DNA from: Akkermansia muciniphila | GTDB lineage: Bacteria; Verrucomicrobiota; Kiritimatiellia; RFP12; UBA1067 | Assembly: GCA_945870145.1 (NCBI GenBank) | Contig: CAMBQV010000001.1 | Span: forward strand, 495-64,494 | Direction: 5' to 3' | Length of the DNA: 64,000 nucleotides | Shown here: positions 39,832 through 49,945 of the stretch, piece by piece | Layout: every line of letters starts with the position of its first letter | Numbering within the stretch: the stretch's first letter is position 1 | Notes under the pieces: model-generated | Databases searched by the model: none | What the model was told of the DNA's origin: nothing | What the model saw: only the letters and a program-made list of their open reading frames with translations | Made by a program: the position numbers and the translations under genes

Positions 39832-41643
39832 TTACGTTGCCGGGATCAGGCGCAGGGCAGAGACGCGGATGTTTCTGCCCTCTGCGGTGGTCGGGCCGAA
39901 GACGAGTTGCTGCGCGCCGGGTTTCGGAAAGTCAATGACGCCCACGCGGGTGGTGCGGAAACGTGGCAAGGCACCGCCAAAGGCTTTGCGGGTTGCCCGC
40001 TCACCAGTGTCAATCAAGGGGAAGGTCACACGGGTGTCACCGCAGTTTATACCCCACTCCGAGTAATCGTCGTCAGCAGGGCAGGTGTACTCCACATCGA
40101 GGTAGAAGGAACCGGGTGCGACGGTATTGAAGTTCCACGTTACAGAAGGCTCGCTCCCTTTCCAGTCACCCACGCACTCCATGTGTTTCCAGTCGCCGAA
40201 CTTTTCCATCCAGTTGACAGCCTTTATTTCGCACCCCTTCAAGTTCGCCATGCCCATTTCCAGGGTATTGTGGCAGCCGTTCAGCACATACAAGTCACGG
40301 CGCGCATCGATGGGTCCTGACAGTTCCAATGTGATGACTGGAATGAGCGTATCAGGACGCAGCTTCGGAACGTGGAGGATGAGGAGTTTCTCTTCATGTA
40401 CGACCTTGATGATCTCCCCTTCCAGTGTCGCCCGCTTGACCTTGGACTGGAGTCCCGGCAAGATGAGCTTGCCGTTCGAGGGCCATTGGAATACATGCAT
40501 AAAAAGTGTGTTGCCGCGTGCGGTACACTCGCCCCAGGGGATCGGGCCGAAGGGGGTTGAGTCTGTACCGTGAATCGCGTCTTTATGCGCATGGACCCAC
40601 GTGCCGACCTCGCGCAGGATGCGAGCCGACTGCTCGGGGATGTGTCCCTGACCGTCAGGTCCGACATTCAGCATGTAGGTTCCGCCGCGGCTGACCACAC
40701 GGACCAGCCGTTCAGCGATCTCGCTGGGGCTTTTCCAGTTGCGGTCATACCAGGCGTAGCCCCAAGTGTCGTTGGCGGTGTCAGGTGTCTCCCACAGGCC
40801 GGGACGTGGGAGGCGCGGAATCTCCTGGTCGCCAAGCGTGTCGTAATCGCCAAGCCCGTTGCCGATGCGGCTGTTGGCGAGACACTGAGGCTGGAGTTTG
40901 TGGACAAGGTCGACGAGCATCTTGGACTCCTCGGGTGTGATGGGTCCTGGAGTGTCAAACCAGACGCCGGCAATCGGACCGTAGTTCTTCAGCAACTCCT
41001 CAAGCTGAGGAATCGCCTTGCCTTTGAGATAACGTTGGAAATCGGCTTCGCTCTCTTTAAAATCCCAGTCATTGCCGATGGCGTCGCGCTCATGCCAGTC
41101 CTGCGATTGCGAATAGTAGAAGCCCAGCCGCAGACCGCCCGTGCTACAGGCCTCAGCCAGCTCTTTCATGGGGTCACGCTTGAAGGGCGTGGCATCCACG
41201 ATATTGTAGGGGCTGGTAGCAGACTTGAACATGGCGAACCCCTCGTGGTGTTTCGCCGTGATCATGACGTGGCGCATCCCGGTGTCTTTCGCAAGCTGGA
41301 CCCACTCCTTGGCATCGAACCCAACGGGGTTGAAACGGGATGCCACCTTCTCGTATTCAGCGACCGGAATTCGAGCTCGTTTCATGATCCACTCGGCGAT
41401 TCCATACTGGGACGTGTTGTTCCATTTGTTTCCTAGTTCGGAATAAAGTCCCCAGTGGATAAACATCGCAAAGCGCGAATCCTTTAGCCACGCCCCGCGT
41501 ACGGTGTTGGTCATTGATTTCCCCGTGCCCCACATGGCTGTCGAGGTGCCATCCACGGAGATCACACGCTCAGCCGCGCAGGAAAAAATGCACGAGAAGA
41601 TCAGCAAGCCTGCTGTGGTTCGGAATAATAGATTATTGTTCAT
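39832..41643 (-). CDS. alpha-L-fucosidase, GH29, secreted, with C-terminal beta-sandwich domain
   Basis: Signal peptide; FAMFIHWGLYS, ITAKHHEGFAMF and GNDWDFKESE motifs typical of GH29; 603 aa. Confidence 0.8.
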   Translation of the reverse strand: MNNNLLFRTTAGLLIFSCIFSCAAERVISVDGTSTAMWGTGKSMTNTVRGAWLKDSRFAMFIHWGLYSELGNKWNNTSQYGIAEWIMKRARIPVAEYEKVASRFNPVGFDAKEWVQLAKDTGMRHVMITAKHHEGFAMFKSATSPYNIVDATPFKRDPMKELAEACSTGGLRLGFYYSQSQDWHERDAIGNDWDFKESEADFQRYLKGKAIPQLEELLKNYGPIAGVWFDTPGPITPEESKMLVDLVHKLQPQCLANSRIGNGLGDYDTLGDQEIPRLPRPGLWETPDTANDTWGYAWYDRNWKSPSEIAERLVRVVSRGGTYMLNVGPDGQGHIPEQSARILREVGTWVHAHKDAIHGTDSTPFGPIPWGECTARGNTLFMHVFQWPSNGKLILPGLQSKVKRATLEGEIIKVVHEEKLLILHVPKLRPDTLIPVITLELSGPIDARRDLYVLNGCHNTLEMGMANLKGCEIKAVNWMEKFGDWKHMECVGDWKGSEPSVTWNFNTVAPGSFYLDVEYTCPADDDYSEWGINCGDTRVTFPLIDTGERATRKAFGGALPRFRTTRVGVIDFPKPGAQQLVFGPTTAEGRNIRVSALRLIPAT

Positions 41644-41663
41644 CGAGTTTTATCCTTTGTCTA

Positions 41664-44126
41664 CTATTGGGTTTTCAGTCGCCATGTGGAGGTCGGTTTG
41701 TTGTCCAGCGGCAGATTGTAGGTCAAGCTGTAGGTTCGGCTGTCATCGTCATAGTCGGCCTGCCAAAAATCATTTCCGTGGACGCTCTGATCGAGCCGAA
41801 CCTCTTTGCCATCCACCACTTCCGACAGCACGGCATCCTTGATCGATGCGAGCCCTTCAATGCGGAGTGGTACATATCCGAGGCCGCCTGCGATGGTAAC
41901 CTCGACAGCGGGCTTTTCGGCCTGGATCAAAATTGGGTAGCGGTTCAAGAGCTTTCCACCGCGCGCCGTCACACGCAGGTCGTTTCCGATCGCCTCGCGA
42001 TAGGTCGTCTTCCAGGATGACGGATTTTCGACGAGATGTTTTCTGAAATTTTCGTTCGGGCCATAGTAGTCATCAGCCGTGCGGTGAAGGGTAATCCACT
42101 CGACATCCATCTCGATCATGTCGCCGGGTTTGAAGGCCGTGACCTCGCGTGGCGGCACGAGGAGAAGGTCCACGTTCGAAATCTCCATTTTGGGGCCGTG
42201 CACAGGTACGGAGACTGGGAAGGAGACCGTCGGCTGCGTATAGATCTTGCCGTTGATCATGGCCGTATAGGAGCGGATCACAAAGGCGCGGTAGCCGGTT
42301 CCCCAGTCACGTCCATTGGTGTGTTTCGCGCCCGGGAATGCGCCCCACCAGGGACCCTTTCCTTCCAAGGCGAGACGGTCGATGAAGCACTGGCCGGCCT
42401 TCAGGCCTAAGGGGACGTCCTGCTCGGCGAGGAGTCCGTCCCGGTTGCCGTAGGCGACTTTGGGCGTGGCGTACTGGCCTGTCTTCCCCTGTCGATAGAA
42501 GGAGATGTTCGTGTTTGCGACAGGCACGTTAAATGTGTATCGGAAGTGCTGGAAGGTCCGCGCATAGTCGTCCGTGCGCAGGGTGTGAACTTCAGCCTTC
42601 ATTGCAACTTCACGCTGTGCGCCATAGAATCCTGAGTAACGGACATCGGTGAGGCAGGGACCCTGCGACAGATAGGCGGTCTTGAGATCTTTGAACGCGA
42701 GCTTGTTTCCCTCCGCATCCAGCATCTCGAACCAGTCGCCGCCCCAGCCGGCATCGGTCCAGTTCCACTTCTGGCCATTCAGGCCGTTTCGTGCCATGAG
42801 CATGCGCACGTCCGTCACGACCAGATTCACAAGACTCATGTCCATATCGAAGCAGATCGTCTCGCCCCAGCAGCCGATGGCCAGCTGGTCCCAGCGTCCG
42901 TTGCCGCCTTTGTTGTGATAGCCAATCAGGGACAACTGAGCATGACTCGAAGAGGGCAGCGTGCCATAGAAGCCATACGCCACGCGCAGGAGGTACTCCG
43001 TACGTCCCGGCTTTACGAGCAGGGAGGTGTAGGCCATCAGATAGGCGCCCATGGCCTCATAATGCCAGTTCTTACTCAGTTGCACAGGGATGCCCGTGGG
43101 CCGTCCCTCCTTGTCGCAGAGCATGGGGCAGAGGCCAGTGATATTGGCCGGCGAACGGAAGTCGAGCAGGAAGGGAATCTCTTTTGTCTGCGTCTCCGTA
43201 CTGTCAACCGTAATCAAAAAATCGTCATAGTCCCGGATGTCCGTATACCCAGCCTTGAACGTACGCTTGATTTTTGGCGCCTTTGCTACAAAGCAACTCT
43301 TTGTCGGCTCATACGCCACAGGGAAGACGTTGTTCGTCCCTGAGGTCACTTGAACAGAGAACTTTTCCGTAGAAATGACTCTCCCAGGATATGCATACGT
43401 CAGGGTCACCGCATTCGTTATCGAAGGAAGCCATACGTCAGCAAATGCTTTTTCACTCCGGCAGTCAACGCCGCTTCCCTTGAGCTGAAAAGCAATTTTT
43501 GCATTGTTCCATCCAGCTCCGTCTCCTACGGCCGGCGCGAGTGAAGCGGTCAGCGTCAGGGAGTCCGGCCAGGCGACCAGGTCCAAGTTTGCTTTGCAGT
43601 TCAACGTTTTTCCTGAAGCGGTTTGAAACTTGAGATCTTCAAACTCGAAATGTTGAACAAAGCGTCCTGATTCCCACATTTTTGCGAAGCCGAGTCGCCT
43701 GGGGTCAGGATCTGTGCCTGCTGCGCAACTGACCGCGCGATACTGCTCGCCGTTCACCTCGAGCATGAGGAGTAGCTCTGGCGTGGGGAGCCGGTATAAG
43801 GGATCTGTACTGGCCGTCAGCATGGATGTGTAACTCAAAGGCCCTGCCACTTCGGAGGAGAAGCCCGCGTTTACAAAGTTGGCCATGTCCAAGGTAAAAG
43901 CATAGCAGCTGGCCTGGATCGCTAGAATCTCCGGGCTCTTATCCGTCTTGTACTTGCGCCAGCCGTTCAGCCAGCAGGCGTATGTGTAGCCGGAGGCACG
44001 CAGGGGTTGTATTGCCGGAATAGGTTCCGCTTTCTTTTCGATCCCTTGCTTGCATCCGAAAAACAGGCCTGAGAAGGAACCCAGAATAACAATCATCACT
44101 ACAGTCATTAAATAGTTTTGCCTCAT
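41664..44126 (-). CDS. hypothetical 820-aa lipoprotein, no recognisable family (possible novel glycan-active enzyme)
   Basis: Lipoprotein signal MTVVMIVILGSFSGLFFGC. Full-length ORF with no overlap conflicts, embedded between the GH29 and GH95-like genes on the same strand. Confidence 0.55.
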   Translation of the reverse strand: MRQNYLMTVVMIVILGSFSGLFFGCKQGIEKKAEPIPAIQPLRASGYTYACWLNGWRKYKTDKSPEILAIQASCYAFTLDMANFVNAGFSSEVAGPLSYTSMLTASTDPLYRLPTPELLLMLEVNGEQYRAVSCAAGTDPDPRRLGFAKMWESGRFVQHFEFEDLKFQTASGKTLNCKANLDLVAWPDSLTLTASLAPAVGDGAGWNNAKIAFQLKGSGVDCRSEKAFADVWLPSITNAVTLTYAYPGRVISTEKFSVQVTSGTNNVFPVAYEPTKSCFVAKAPKIKRTFKAGYTDIRDYDDFLITVDSTETQTKEIPFLLDFRSPANITGLCPMLCDKEGRPTGIPVQLSKNWHYEAMGAYLMAYTSLLVKPGRTEYLLRVAYGFYGTLPSSSHAQLSLIGYHNKGGNGRWDQLAIGCWGETICFDMDMSLVNLVVTDVRMLMARNGLNGQKWNWTDAGWGGDWFEMLDAEGNKLAFKDLKTAYLSQGPCLTDVRYSGFYGAQREVAMKAEVHTLRTDDYARTFQHFRYTFNVPVANTNISFYRQGKTGQYATPKVAYGNRDGLLAEQDVPLGLKAGQCFIDRLALEGKGPWWGAFPGAKHTNGRDWGTGYRAFVIRSYTAMINGKIYTQPTVSFPVSVPVHGPKMEISNVDLLLVPPREVTAFKPGDMIEMDVEWITLHRTADDYYGPNENFRKHLVENPSSWKTTYREAIGNDLRVTARGGKLLNRYPILIQAEKPAVEVTIAGGLGYVPLRIEGLASIKDAVLSEVVDGKEVRLDQSVHGNDFWQADYDDDSRTYSLTYNLPLDNKPTSTWRLKTQ

Positions 44127-44182
44127 TTTTAACCTTCCTTCTCCAGTGGCTCTCTGCGCGGATCATATCCCGACCAGAGATC

Positions 44183-47023
44183 TTAAATGGTTTGAGGCAC
44201 CTTAGCCTCCTTTAAAGAATGCATAGCTTCTTCCATGCCCATGACGATGACATCTTTTCTCCGCGCTTCTGGCGTGACCTTCAGTTCAGCCAGTTTCCCA
44301 TTTTGTACCCGGCCCTCGACAATGGTGTTCAACGGCGCGTGCAGCTTGAAATTCACATCCCACTCCTTCGGCCAGGCTGGCAAAAGACGGATGGTACCTC
44401 CGTCACACAGCATCAGCATGCGCTGAAGAGCGATGAGGGTGACGGAACCGTGGTCTTGATCCGGCGTCCAGTCGAAGTTCGGGCCCCAGAATGCAGGGAA
44501 GCGGGGCTCGACAGCCGGCCGGCCGGCCGGAGCTCTGTCGGTTGCGTTGATCACCACATAATCCTTGGCTTCCTGCGTCAAGCCGAGCATCGCGGCCTGG
44601 ATCGGGTCCTGCGTCCAGCCGCCTGTTCGCTTCACAAGCCTCCGGCGCCAAGTTTCGAGCGCACTTTTCATATCGGGTTTACCTACCGTATACGCCCGAT
44701 ACGGAAAGACCGCGTACAACTCGGGATTCTCGGAGTTTCTAAGATCCGAATAAACATGTGCAGGCTTGATCCATTTTTTGCCGTCTTCCTCGCCCAGGGG
44801 GATTTCCGGCAGTTCAGAACGGAACCGCTTCCAGCGTGCGCGCTGGTCCGGAACGGCCAGTGTTTCAGGAAGTTCGAGGAGTCGATCCAAGACCGTCATG
44901 AGTCCGGCAACGACAGGGAGGGGATTCTCGGCCGTATGCCAGGTTTCAAGACTTTGCGCTGGAGAGAAGAGCACCTTGCCCTGTGCGGTGCGTTTGTGGT
45001 GCTGGTCGTAGAACTTCACCACCTCATCGGCGAGCGGGATGAGCGTGCTGGTGACAAAGGCTCTGTCCTGAGTATGCGCATAGAAGTCAAGCATCATCAT
45101 GGAAAGCTCAAGGCCGCTGTCCCAGTAGTAACGGATGTAGGCATTGTTGGGATAAAAGCCTTTGTTGGCATAGCCGAAGTCGTGGTTGGCGTTGAGGCCC
45201 CAAGGATAGATCGTTTCAGAGCAGAAGATCCCCTCGTGGTTAAAGTACGTTTGGGTGCGCTCCTTCAGCATCGGCAGGGCGTCCCGGTACATCCGCCAAA
45301 GCGGCTCCATCTGGTCAAAGTCGCCGGAATAAAGCATCGACCAGTACGGCAAGCGCGTATTCTGAAACCAATAGCAGCCACCCCATTGACGGGCATCCGG
45401 ACCCAATTTCTGCACAGTTCCGTCAGCTTGGCGGTGGACATAATCCACGGTAAAAAGCGAACCGTTAAACTTGATGGGGGAGTTACCCCGCCCGGCGCAG
45501 GCCTGGATAAAGCGTTGCAGCACGTAGGCTCGCGTGACAACAAACGCCTCGTTTGGTTTTCCCACCGGACCACATCCGGCAATCCGCTTTCCATCTAGAT
45601 ACATTTCCAGACGCCCTGTCTCTGCGTCCACAGCCACCGCAACATGATGCCACTGGCCCGCTTTCAGGCAATCAGGAACAGAGAAGCGCCTCTCTCCGAT
45701 AATGAGCCGCAGGCTGTTACCAGGGTGGGTGTCCAACAGGAAGCCGTTATCTTTGCCCGGCGTAGAATTGTCAATGATTCGTGTACCAGGGTTATCGGAC
45801 GTCGGGTTGACCCACGCCTCCACCGTGAGTTGCTTTAAACTCGTCCAGATTGAGGATTTTCCGATCTCGCTATACAGCACCGGAGTGCCGCCATGCAGGA
45901 TCTCCGCCGGGGCCAATCCGCTGTCTGCCGCTTGAGTGCCCGCAAGCGTCTTGATTTCAGCCTCGGTCAGCGCGCGCTTTAAAATGGTCACTCTGCCGAA
46001 CTTGCCCGTGAAGCGATTGCCTCCATGGGTATCGCCTCCGATCCAGAAATTATTGTTATTGGTCGGGATCATAGAGGGCGTTAATCCATTTATGGCGCCC
46101 TTACAGGAGGAGATAAAGATCCAACTGCGGTTCCAGAAACTTGCCCAGTAGGCTTCGTGCTTCGCGCGAGTCTCTTTGACGGAAAGCCCCTCGACGCCCG
46201 CACGTTGGCCTTCTAACTTTTTCAGCCACTCCTCGGGAGTCGCTGTCTGGGCTGCCAAGGCGTGTACACGCAGGCGCAGGTTCTGCAACGGCTTTTTAGT
46301 AACGAGTGTCTTCGCGTCTTTGCTTGTTAGCCCCTCCCCGGAAATCAGGCAGCCGAAGGTTCTGTTCAGAAGCGGATCTGGATACTTCCCGATCAACTGC
46401 TCGAGATGCTGGTTCTTGAGGGTCTCATTAAAGATGCTGTGCGTATTACGCTGGTACCAACGGATTGAGTCCCCTTCCGCGGGCAGCACCACATCGGGTT
46501 CCGCCGCGCCGTACCGCTTGGCGTCAGCCGTGCGCCATACGTCCAGCGACACTTCTGCTGTGAACGCCGTTGAACGCTCGATCTCAATGTTGATAACCGG
46601 ATTATTGGCGTCGACCCAGAAGAGGATTCGGCCCGACTGTCCGCTCGCCGTAGAGCGAAAGGAGATGGAGGCTGATTTGAGATCCAACTCCTGCCGGAAG
46701 TCGGCTCTATCCGCCGTGAAGTCACTCTCAAGACGAATACGCACCCGGCCCAGTTTCAGAAGCTCCTGGGTTCCGCTCCAGCTATCGCTCTTAGAGAGAT
46801 AGAAGACAAGGTCACCCGTGGGCTCCAGCCAGACATTCGCTGCCAGATCACCGTTGCCGATCGGCATGGACCCATGACAGTCCTTGCTCGGTGAATCCCA
46901 GATAACGTTGTAGGCATCGAGCTGAGGAGATGAGGCAATCGCTTCTCCCAACCACCCGTTCAAAACTGCAAAAAAACAGCCGAAAGTCCCTAATGTGAAT
47001 CTACATGTTGAAAAATCTTTCAC
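44183..47023 (-). CDS. putative glycoside hydrolase with GH95-like N-terminal domain, inserted LamG-like (ConA-like) domain and (alpha/alpha)6-like C-terminal region
   Basis: SMPIGNGDLAANVW resembles the GH95 N-terminal motif. Residues about 300-480 carry WHHVAVAVDAETGRLEMYLDGKRIAG, a LamG_3 signature. GTG start at 47023 with RBS-like GAGGGG. Confidence 0.55.
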   Translation of the reverse strand: MKDFSTCRFTLGTFGCFFAVLNGWLGEAIASSPQLDAYNVIWDSPSKDCHGSMPIGNGDLAANVWLEPTGDLVFYLSKSDSWSGTQELLKLGRVRIRLESDFTADRADFRQELDLKSASISFRSTASGQSGRILFWVDANNPVINIEIERSTAFTAEVSLDVWRTADAKRYGAAEPDVVLPAEGDSIRWYQRNTHSIFNETLKNQHLEQLIGKYPDPLLNRTFGCLISGEGLTSKDAKTLVTKKPLQNLRLRVHALAAQTATPEEWLKKLEGQRAGVEGLSVKETRAKHEAYWASFWNRSWIFISSCKGAINGLTPSMIPTNNNNFWIGGDTHGGNRFTGKFGRVTILKRALTEAEIKTLAGTQAADSGLAPAEILHGGTPVLYSEIGKSSIWTSLKQLTVEAWVNPTSDNPGTRIIDNSTPGKDNGFLLDTHPGNSLRLIIGERRFSVPDCLKAGQWHHVAVAVDAETGRLEMYLDGKRIAGCGPVGKPNEAFVVTRAYVLQRFIQACAGRGNSPIKFNGSLFTVDYVHRQADGTVQKLGPDARQWGGCYWFQNTRLPYWSMLYSGDFDQMEPLWRMYRDALPMLKERTQTYFNHEGIFCSETIYPWGLNANHDFGYANKGFYPNNAYIRYYWDSGLELSMMMLDFYAHTQDRAFVTSTLIPLADEVVKFYDQHHKRTAQGKVLFSPAQSLETWHTAENPLPVVAGLMTVLDRLLELPETLAVPDQRARWKRFRSELPEIPLGEEDGKKWIKPAHVYSDLRNSENPELYAVFPYRAYTVGKPDMKSALETWRRRLVKRTGGWTQDPIQAAMLGLTQEAKDYVVINATDRAPAGRPAVEPRFPAFWGPNFDWTPDQDHGSVTLIALQRMLMLCDGGTIRLLPAWPKEWDVNFKLHAPLNTIVEGRVQNGKLAELKVTPEARRKDVIVMGMEEAMHSLKEAKVPQTI

Positions 47024-47103
47024 TTTTTTAACTACCCCTCGCTCGCTTCACAAACACCCCTTACTGTTCAGGAAGTTTGAACGCTCTGTCGAAGACCGAT
47101 AAA

Positions 47104-49902
47104 CTAACGCTTCAGTTTGGACCACACCTTGACGAGTAGCACCTTTTCTTTCCCTATATTAAACGGCCCCGGCGAGGGTGTTTCCGCATTCCTCTTCTCG
47201 CCGAAGTAGTCGGTGTCAAGCCGATAAGGCGTTCCATCTGGCTGCTCGAAAGGCGCATCCGAACGGGTTGCCTTGCCGAGCAGGGCGCTGGTGATGAGGG
47301 TTCGTTTGACCTTTTCCTGCCAAGAGGGGTCCACGTTCATCTCCAGCCACCAGCCATCGGCTTTCTCAACAAGTAGGATGTCTGGCTCAAAGGTTTCCGC
47401 AACAACCGCGTCCTTGTCTTGTACTGAAGGTTTGGCTCCTGCAAGAAAAACATTGCCGGTTGCCGTGATGGCGAACGTGTGTTCGTTGTAAACAGAGAGC
47501 TTTTTGGGATGGCTGAACAGATTGTTGTAGAACCGGTCGTCATGCTGATCAACCCCCACGCCGACCCCGCCCCACTGATCCATCAAGGCTTTACGGGACT
47601 CGGCAGTCACCACTTCGAAATCAGCGACAAAATCTTTCCAGGCCTCGCCGCCACAATTGATCCGAAGGGCAAAGGGCTTCGATGGCTCACGCTCTTGGGT
47701 TCCGACGACCTCAATCCCGGCAATGCTTGGAAATTCACGCTCCCGGATAAACCCGATGCGCAGCACCCCATCCTCAACCCGCACCTTCTCCTCGACAAGA
47801 TCAAGCGCCCGATTCTTGCCAGCTACTGCTATGAGATCCAACCCGTTCGTCAGGGTTCGTCCTTGGAGCGTAATCCCGAAGCGGCGTTGTCCTGGCTTGT
47901 TATAGAAGGGTTCGTTGAATTTGAGTGTCACGCAATAGAGCCCTTTGGGGACATCCAGACGGTAGCCTTCGCTTCCGTAACGAATGGTCTGATAGACTGG
48001 GTCCTGTTCTGTTTTCTCAACAGGCTCAGTAAAGAGCGCCTTCTGTCCGCCTAGTGCACCGAAGTTGCTTGATGCTAGTTTAGTACTCACGATATCTGTA
48101 CTGTGCGGTTTAAAAACAGGTGTTTTTCGCGCCGTGAGATCCGCCCAGATATCTTGTGTGCCGCGAATCAGATTATGCACATAAGCACCACCACCACTCG
48201 CATCCAATACGCCGCGATTGGAGAGGAGAATATTGTTGTCGATGAGCATCGGGCCATGATTCATCTCGAACATGAAGTCATTGCTGTTGTCATGCAACAG
48301 GTTGCCGGTCACGCGCGCGCCCTGCGCCATCCAGTCGAGCCAGAGACCGCCCCAGTGTCCGCAGCGGTAAATATGGTTTCGGCTGATGACAGTATCCACT
48401 GCGCCATGCAGCTTGATGCCAGCGGTTTCGCAACCTCCGTAGGGATGGTGCTGCGTGATGTCATGGATTTCGTTCCCTGTGATCAGTGAAAAACTACAGC
48501 CCAGGCTCCCGTTGATTCCACCTTGGTCGCAGTTGTAAATATGGTTGCCTCGTACAACATGGCTCCCAATGTTCTCGCGCATCCAGCCCTTTTCCAGGCC
48601 AAGACGGATCGTTCGGTTATAGTTGAAGGTGTTATCAAACTCGTCACCGTGCTTTCCGAGCGTCACGCCGACACACGTGGAAAAACGGACCGTGTTGCTC
48701 TCGATGATCCAGCCCTTTGACCAGTGCGTGCCGATCAAACCGATCTGCTCAGCGGTCGGCGGTGACCACGGCGTGGCAGCCTGCTCCAAGGTAAAGCCCC
48801 TGACCGTAATGTAATTCCGTCCCGGCTTGTCGGGATAAAAGACCGTCTTGCGCACATTGACCTCCACGAGCGCCTCGTTCGGGTCAACACCCTTGAACTG
48901 CGCCCAGAGGGTGGTGGTGTCCGTGTCGACCTTGGCAAACCAGTAGCCAGGATCGTTCGCACTGTTCGCCGGCGCGCTCGGTTCGGCCCTGCAAACCAGG
49001 ACAATCCTCTGCTTTCCGGCAACCTTTGTGATCGGCGTACGGAAGGATTGGAAATGAGTCCATTCCGCGGTCACGGTCGGACGGCAGATCCCCAGCACAA
49101 CGCCTTCGGGACTCTCTCGGCGGATCTCCAAAAAACCCCCGCCGACCGGTGAAGCGAGCGAGAGCGTCAGGAACTCCGTGCCGTTTCCACAGTCCACGTC
49201 ATCATAAGCTAGCCAGTTCCCGTTCTCTAGGTGTCCTACACAGCTCTTGCCCTCCGGCAACTCAAGAAACTTAACCTCCCCTTTCTTGGACGAAAACCGA
49301 GACGCCTGAACAACCCCCGATCCTTCCGGTTGAAGGGACACCACATTCAGCAGTTCCTGTTCGTCCTTGTCTGTGGCACCCGTGAGTGCGGACTTCACAA
49401 CAACGGACTTGCGGGCCGCCTCTTTGAGCCAGATGCCATTCACATACACAGCACCGGTGTGATAGGGCTGCCGGGTTTCATACCAATCCCCCTTGATCAG
49501 GTCGCGGCACGGATTGAAATCGCCGAAGAACCTGTTCGGGAGCGTGACACACCAGGTATCGTCCTCTACCTTCTTCCATCCTGTCACGCGCTCAGAGCCC
49601 TTGATGGTGACCTTTTCGCCAGGGGCCGCCTGATAAACAATACGCTTGTCATCAGATGTTCCGCCGCGAGGCGGATTGACGCGCTCGCGGTAAACCCCTT
49701 CGTGTATGGTGATCACATCCCCGGGTTGCGCCAGGGCCGATGCCGCGGAAATCGTCTTCAAGGGTGCCGATGCCCTCCCGTCATTGCCATCGCTGCCCGT
49801 GACTGATACGTGGTAGGTCTGTATACCTTCGGCTCCTTCTGTTGCACAGACGAACAGTGATAGGCTGGCTAGCACAGCCAGATTAAATAGCAGTCTCTTC
49901 AT
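47104..49902 (-). CDS. secreted right-handed parallel beta-helix protein (pectate-lyase-like fold) with C-terminal malectin-like carbohydrate-binding domain
   Basis: Signal peptide; N-terminal SVTGSDGNDGRASAPLKTISAASALAQPGDVITIHEGVY (beta-helix cap). Repeated NxxxxGxxxHN-type coils (GNHIYNCDQGGINGS, GNEIHDI, RNHIYRCGHWGG). C-terminal YRLDVPKGLYCVTLKFNEPFYNKPGQRRFGITLQG is malectin-like. Confidence 0.6.
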   Translation of the reverse strand: MKRLLFNLAVLASLSLFVCATEGAEGIQTYHVSVTGSDGNDGRASAPLKTISAASALAQPGDVITIHEGVYRERVNPPRGGTSDDKRIVYQAAPGEKVTIKGSERVTGWKKVEDDTWCVTLPNRFFGDFNPCRDLIKGDWYETRQPYHTGAVYVNGIWLKEAARKSVVVKSALTGATDKDEQELLNVVSLQPEGSGVVQASRFSSKKGEVKFLELPEGKSCVGHLENGNWLAYDDVDCGNGTEFLTLSLASPVGGGFLEIRRESPEGVVLGICRPTVTAEWTHFQSFRTPITKVAGKQRIVLVCRAEPSAPANSANDPGYWFAKVDTDTTTLWAQFKGVDPNEALVEVNVRKTVFYPDKPGRNYITVRGFTLEQAATPWSPPTAEQIGLIGTHWSKGWIIESNTVRFSTCVGVTLGKHGDEFDNTFNYNRTIRLGLEKGWMRENIGSHVVRGNHIYNCDQGGINGSLGCSFSLITGNEIHDITQHHPYGGCETAGIKLHGAVDTVISRNHIYRCGHWGGLWLDWMAQGARVTGNLLHDNSNDFMFEMNHGPMLIDNNILLSNRGVLDASGGGAYVHNLIRGTQDIWADLTARKTPVFKPHSTDIVSTKLASSNFGALGGQKALFTEPVEKTEQDPVYQTIRYGSEGYRLDVPKGLYCVTLKFNEPFYNKPGQRRFGITLQGRTLTNGLDLIAVAGKNRALDLVEEKVRVEDGVLRIGFIREREFPSIAGIEVVGTQEREPSKPFALRINCGGEAWKDFVADFEVVTAESRKALMDQWGGVGVGVDQHDDRFYNNLFSHPKKLSVYNEHTFAITATGNVFLAGAKPSVQDKDAVVAETFEPDILLVEKADGWWLEMNVDPSWQEKVKRTLITSALLGKATRSDAPFEQPDGTPYRLDTDYFGEKRNAETPSPGPFNIGKEKVLLVKVWSKLKR

Positions 49903-49945
49903 AAACTATTGTCTCGGACGTGGATGTTGCCAAGCAAGGTGCCGC

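Noticed and set aside
44219-45598. 459-aa plus-strand ORF
   Set aside because: Antisense to the 946-aa GH95-like gene; no motifs.
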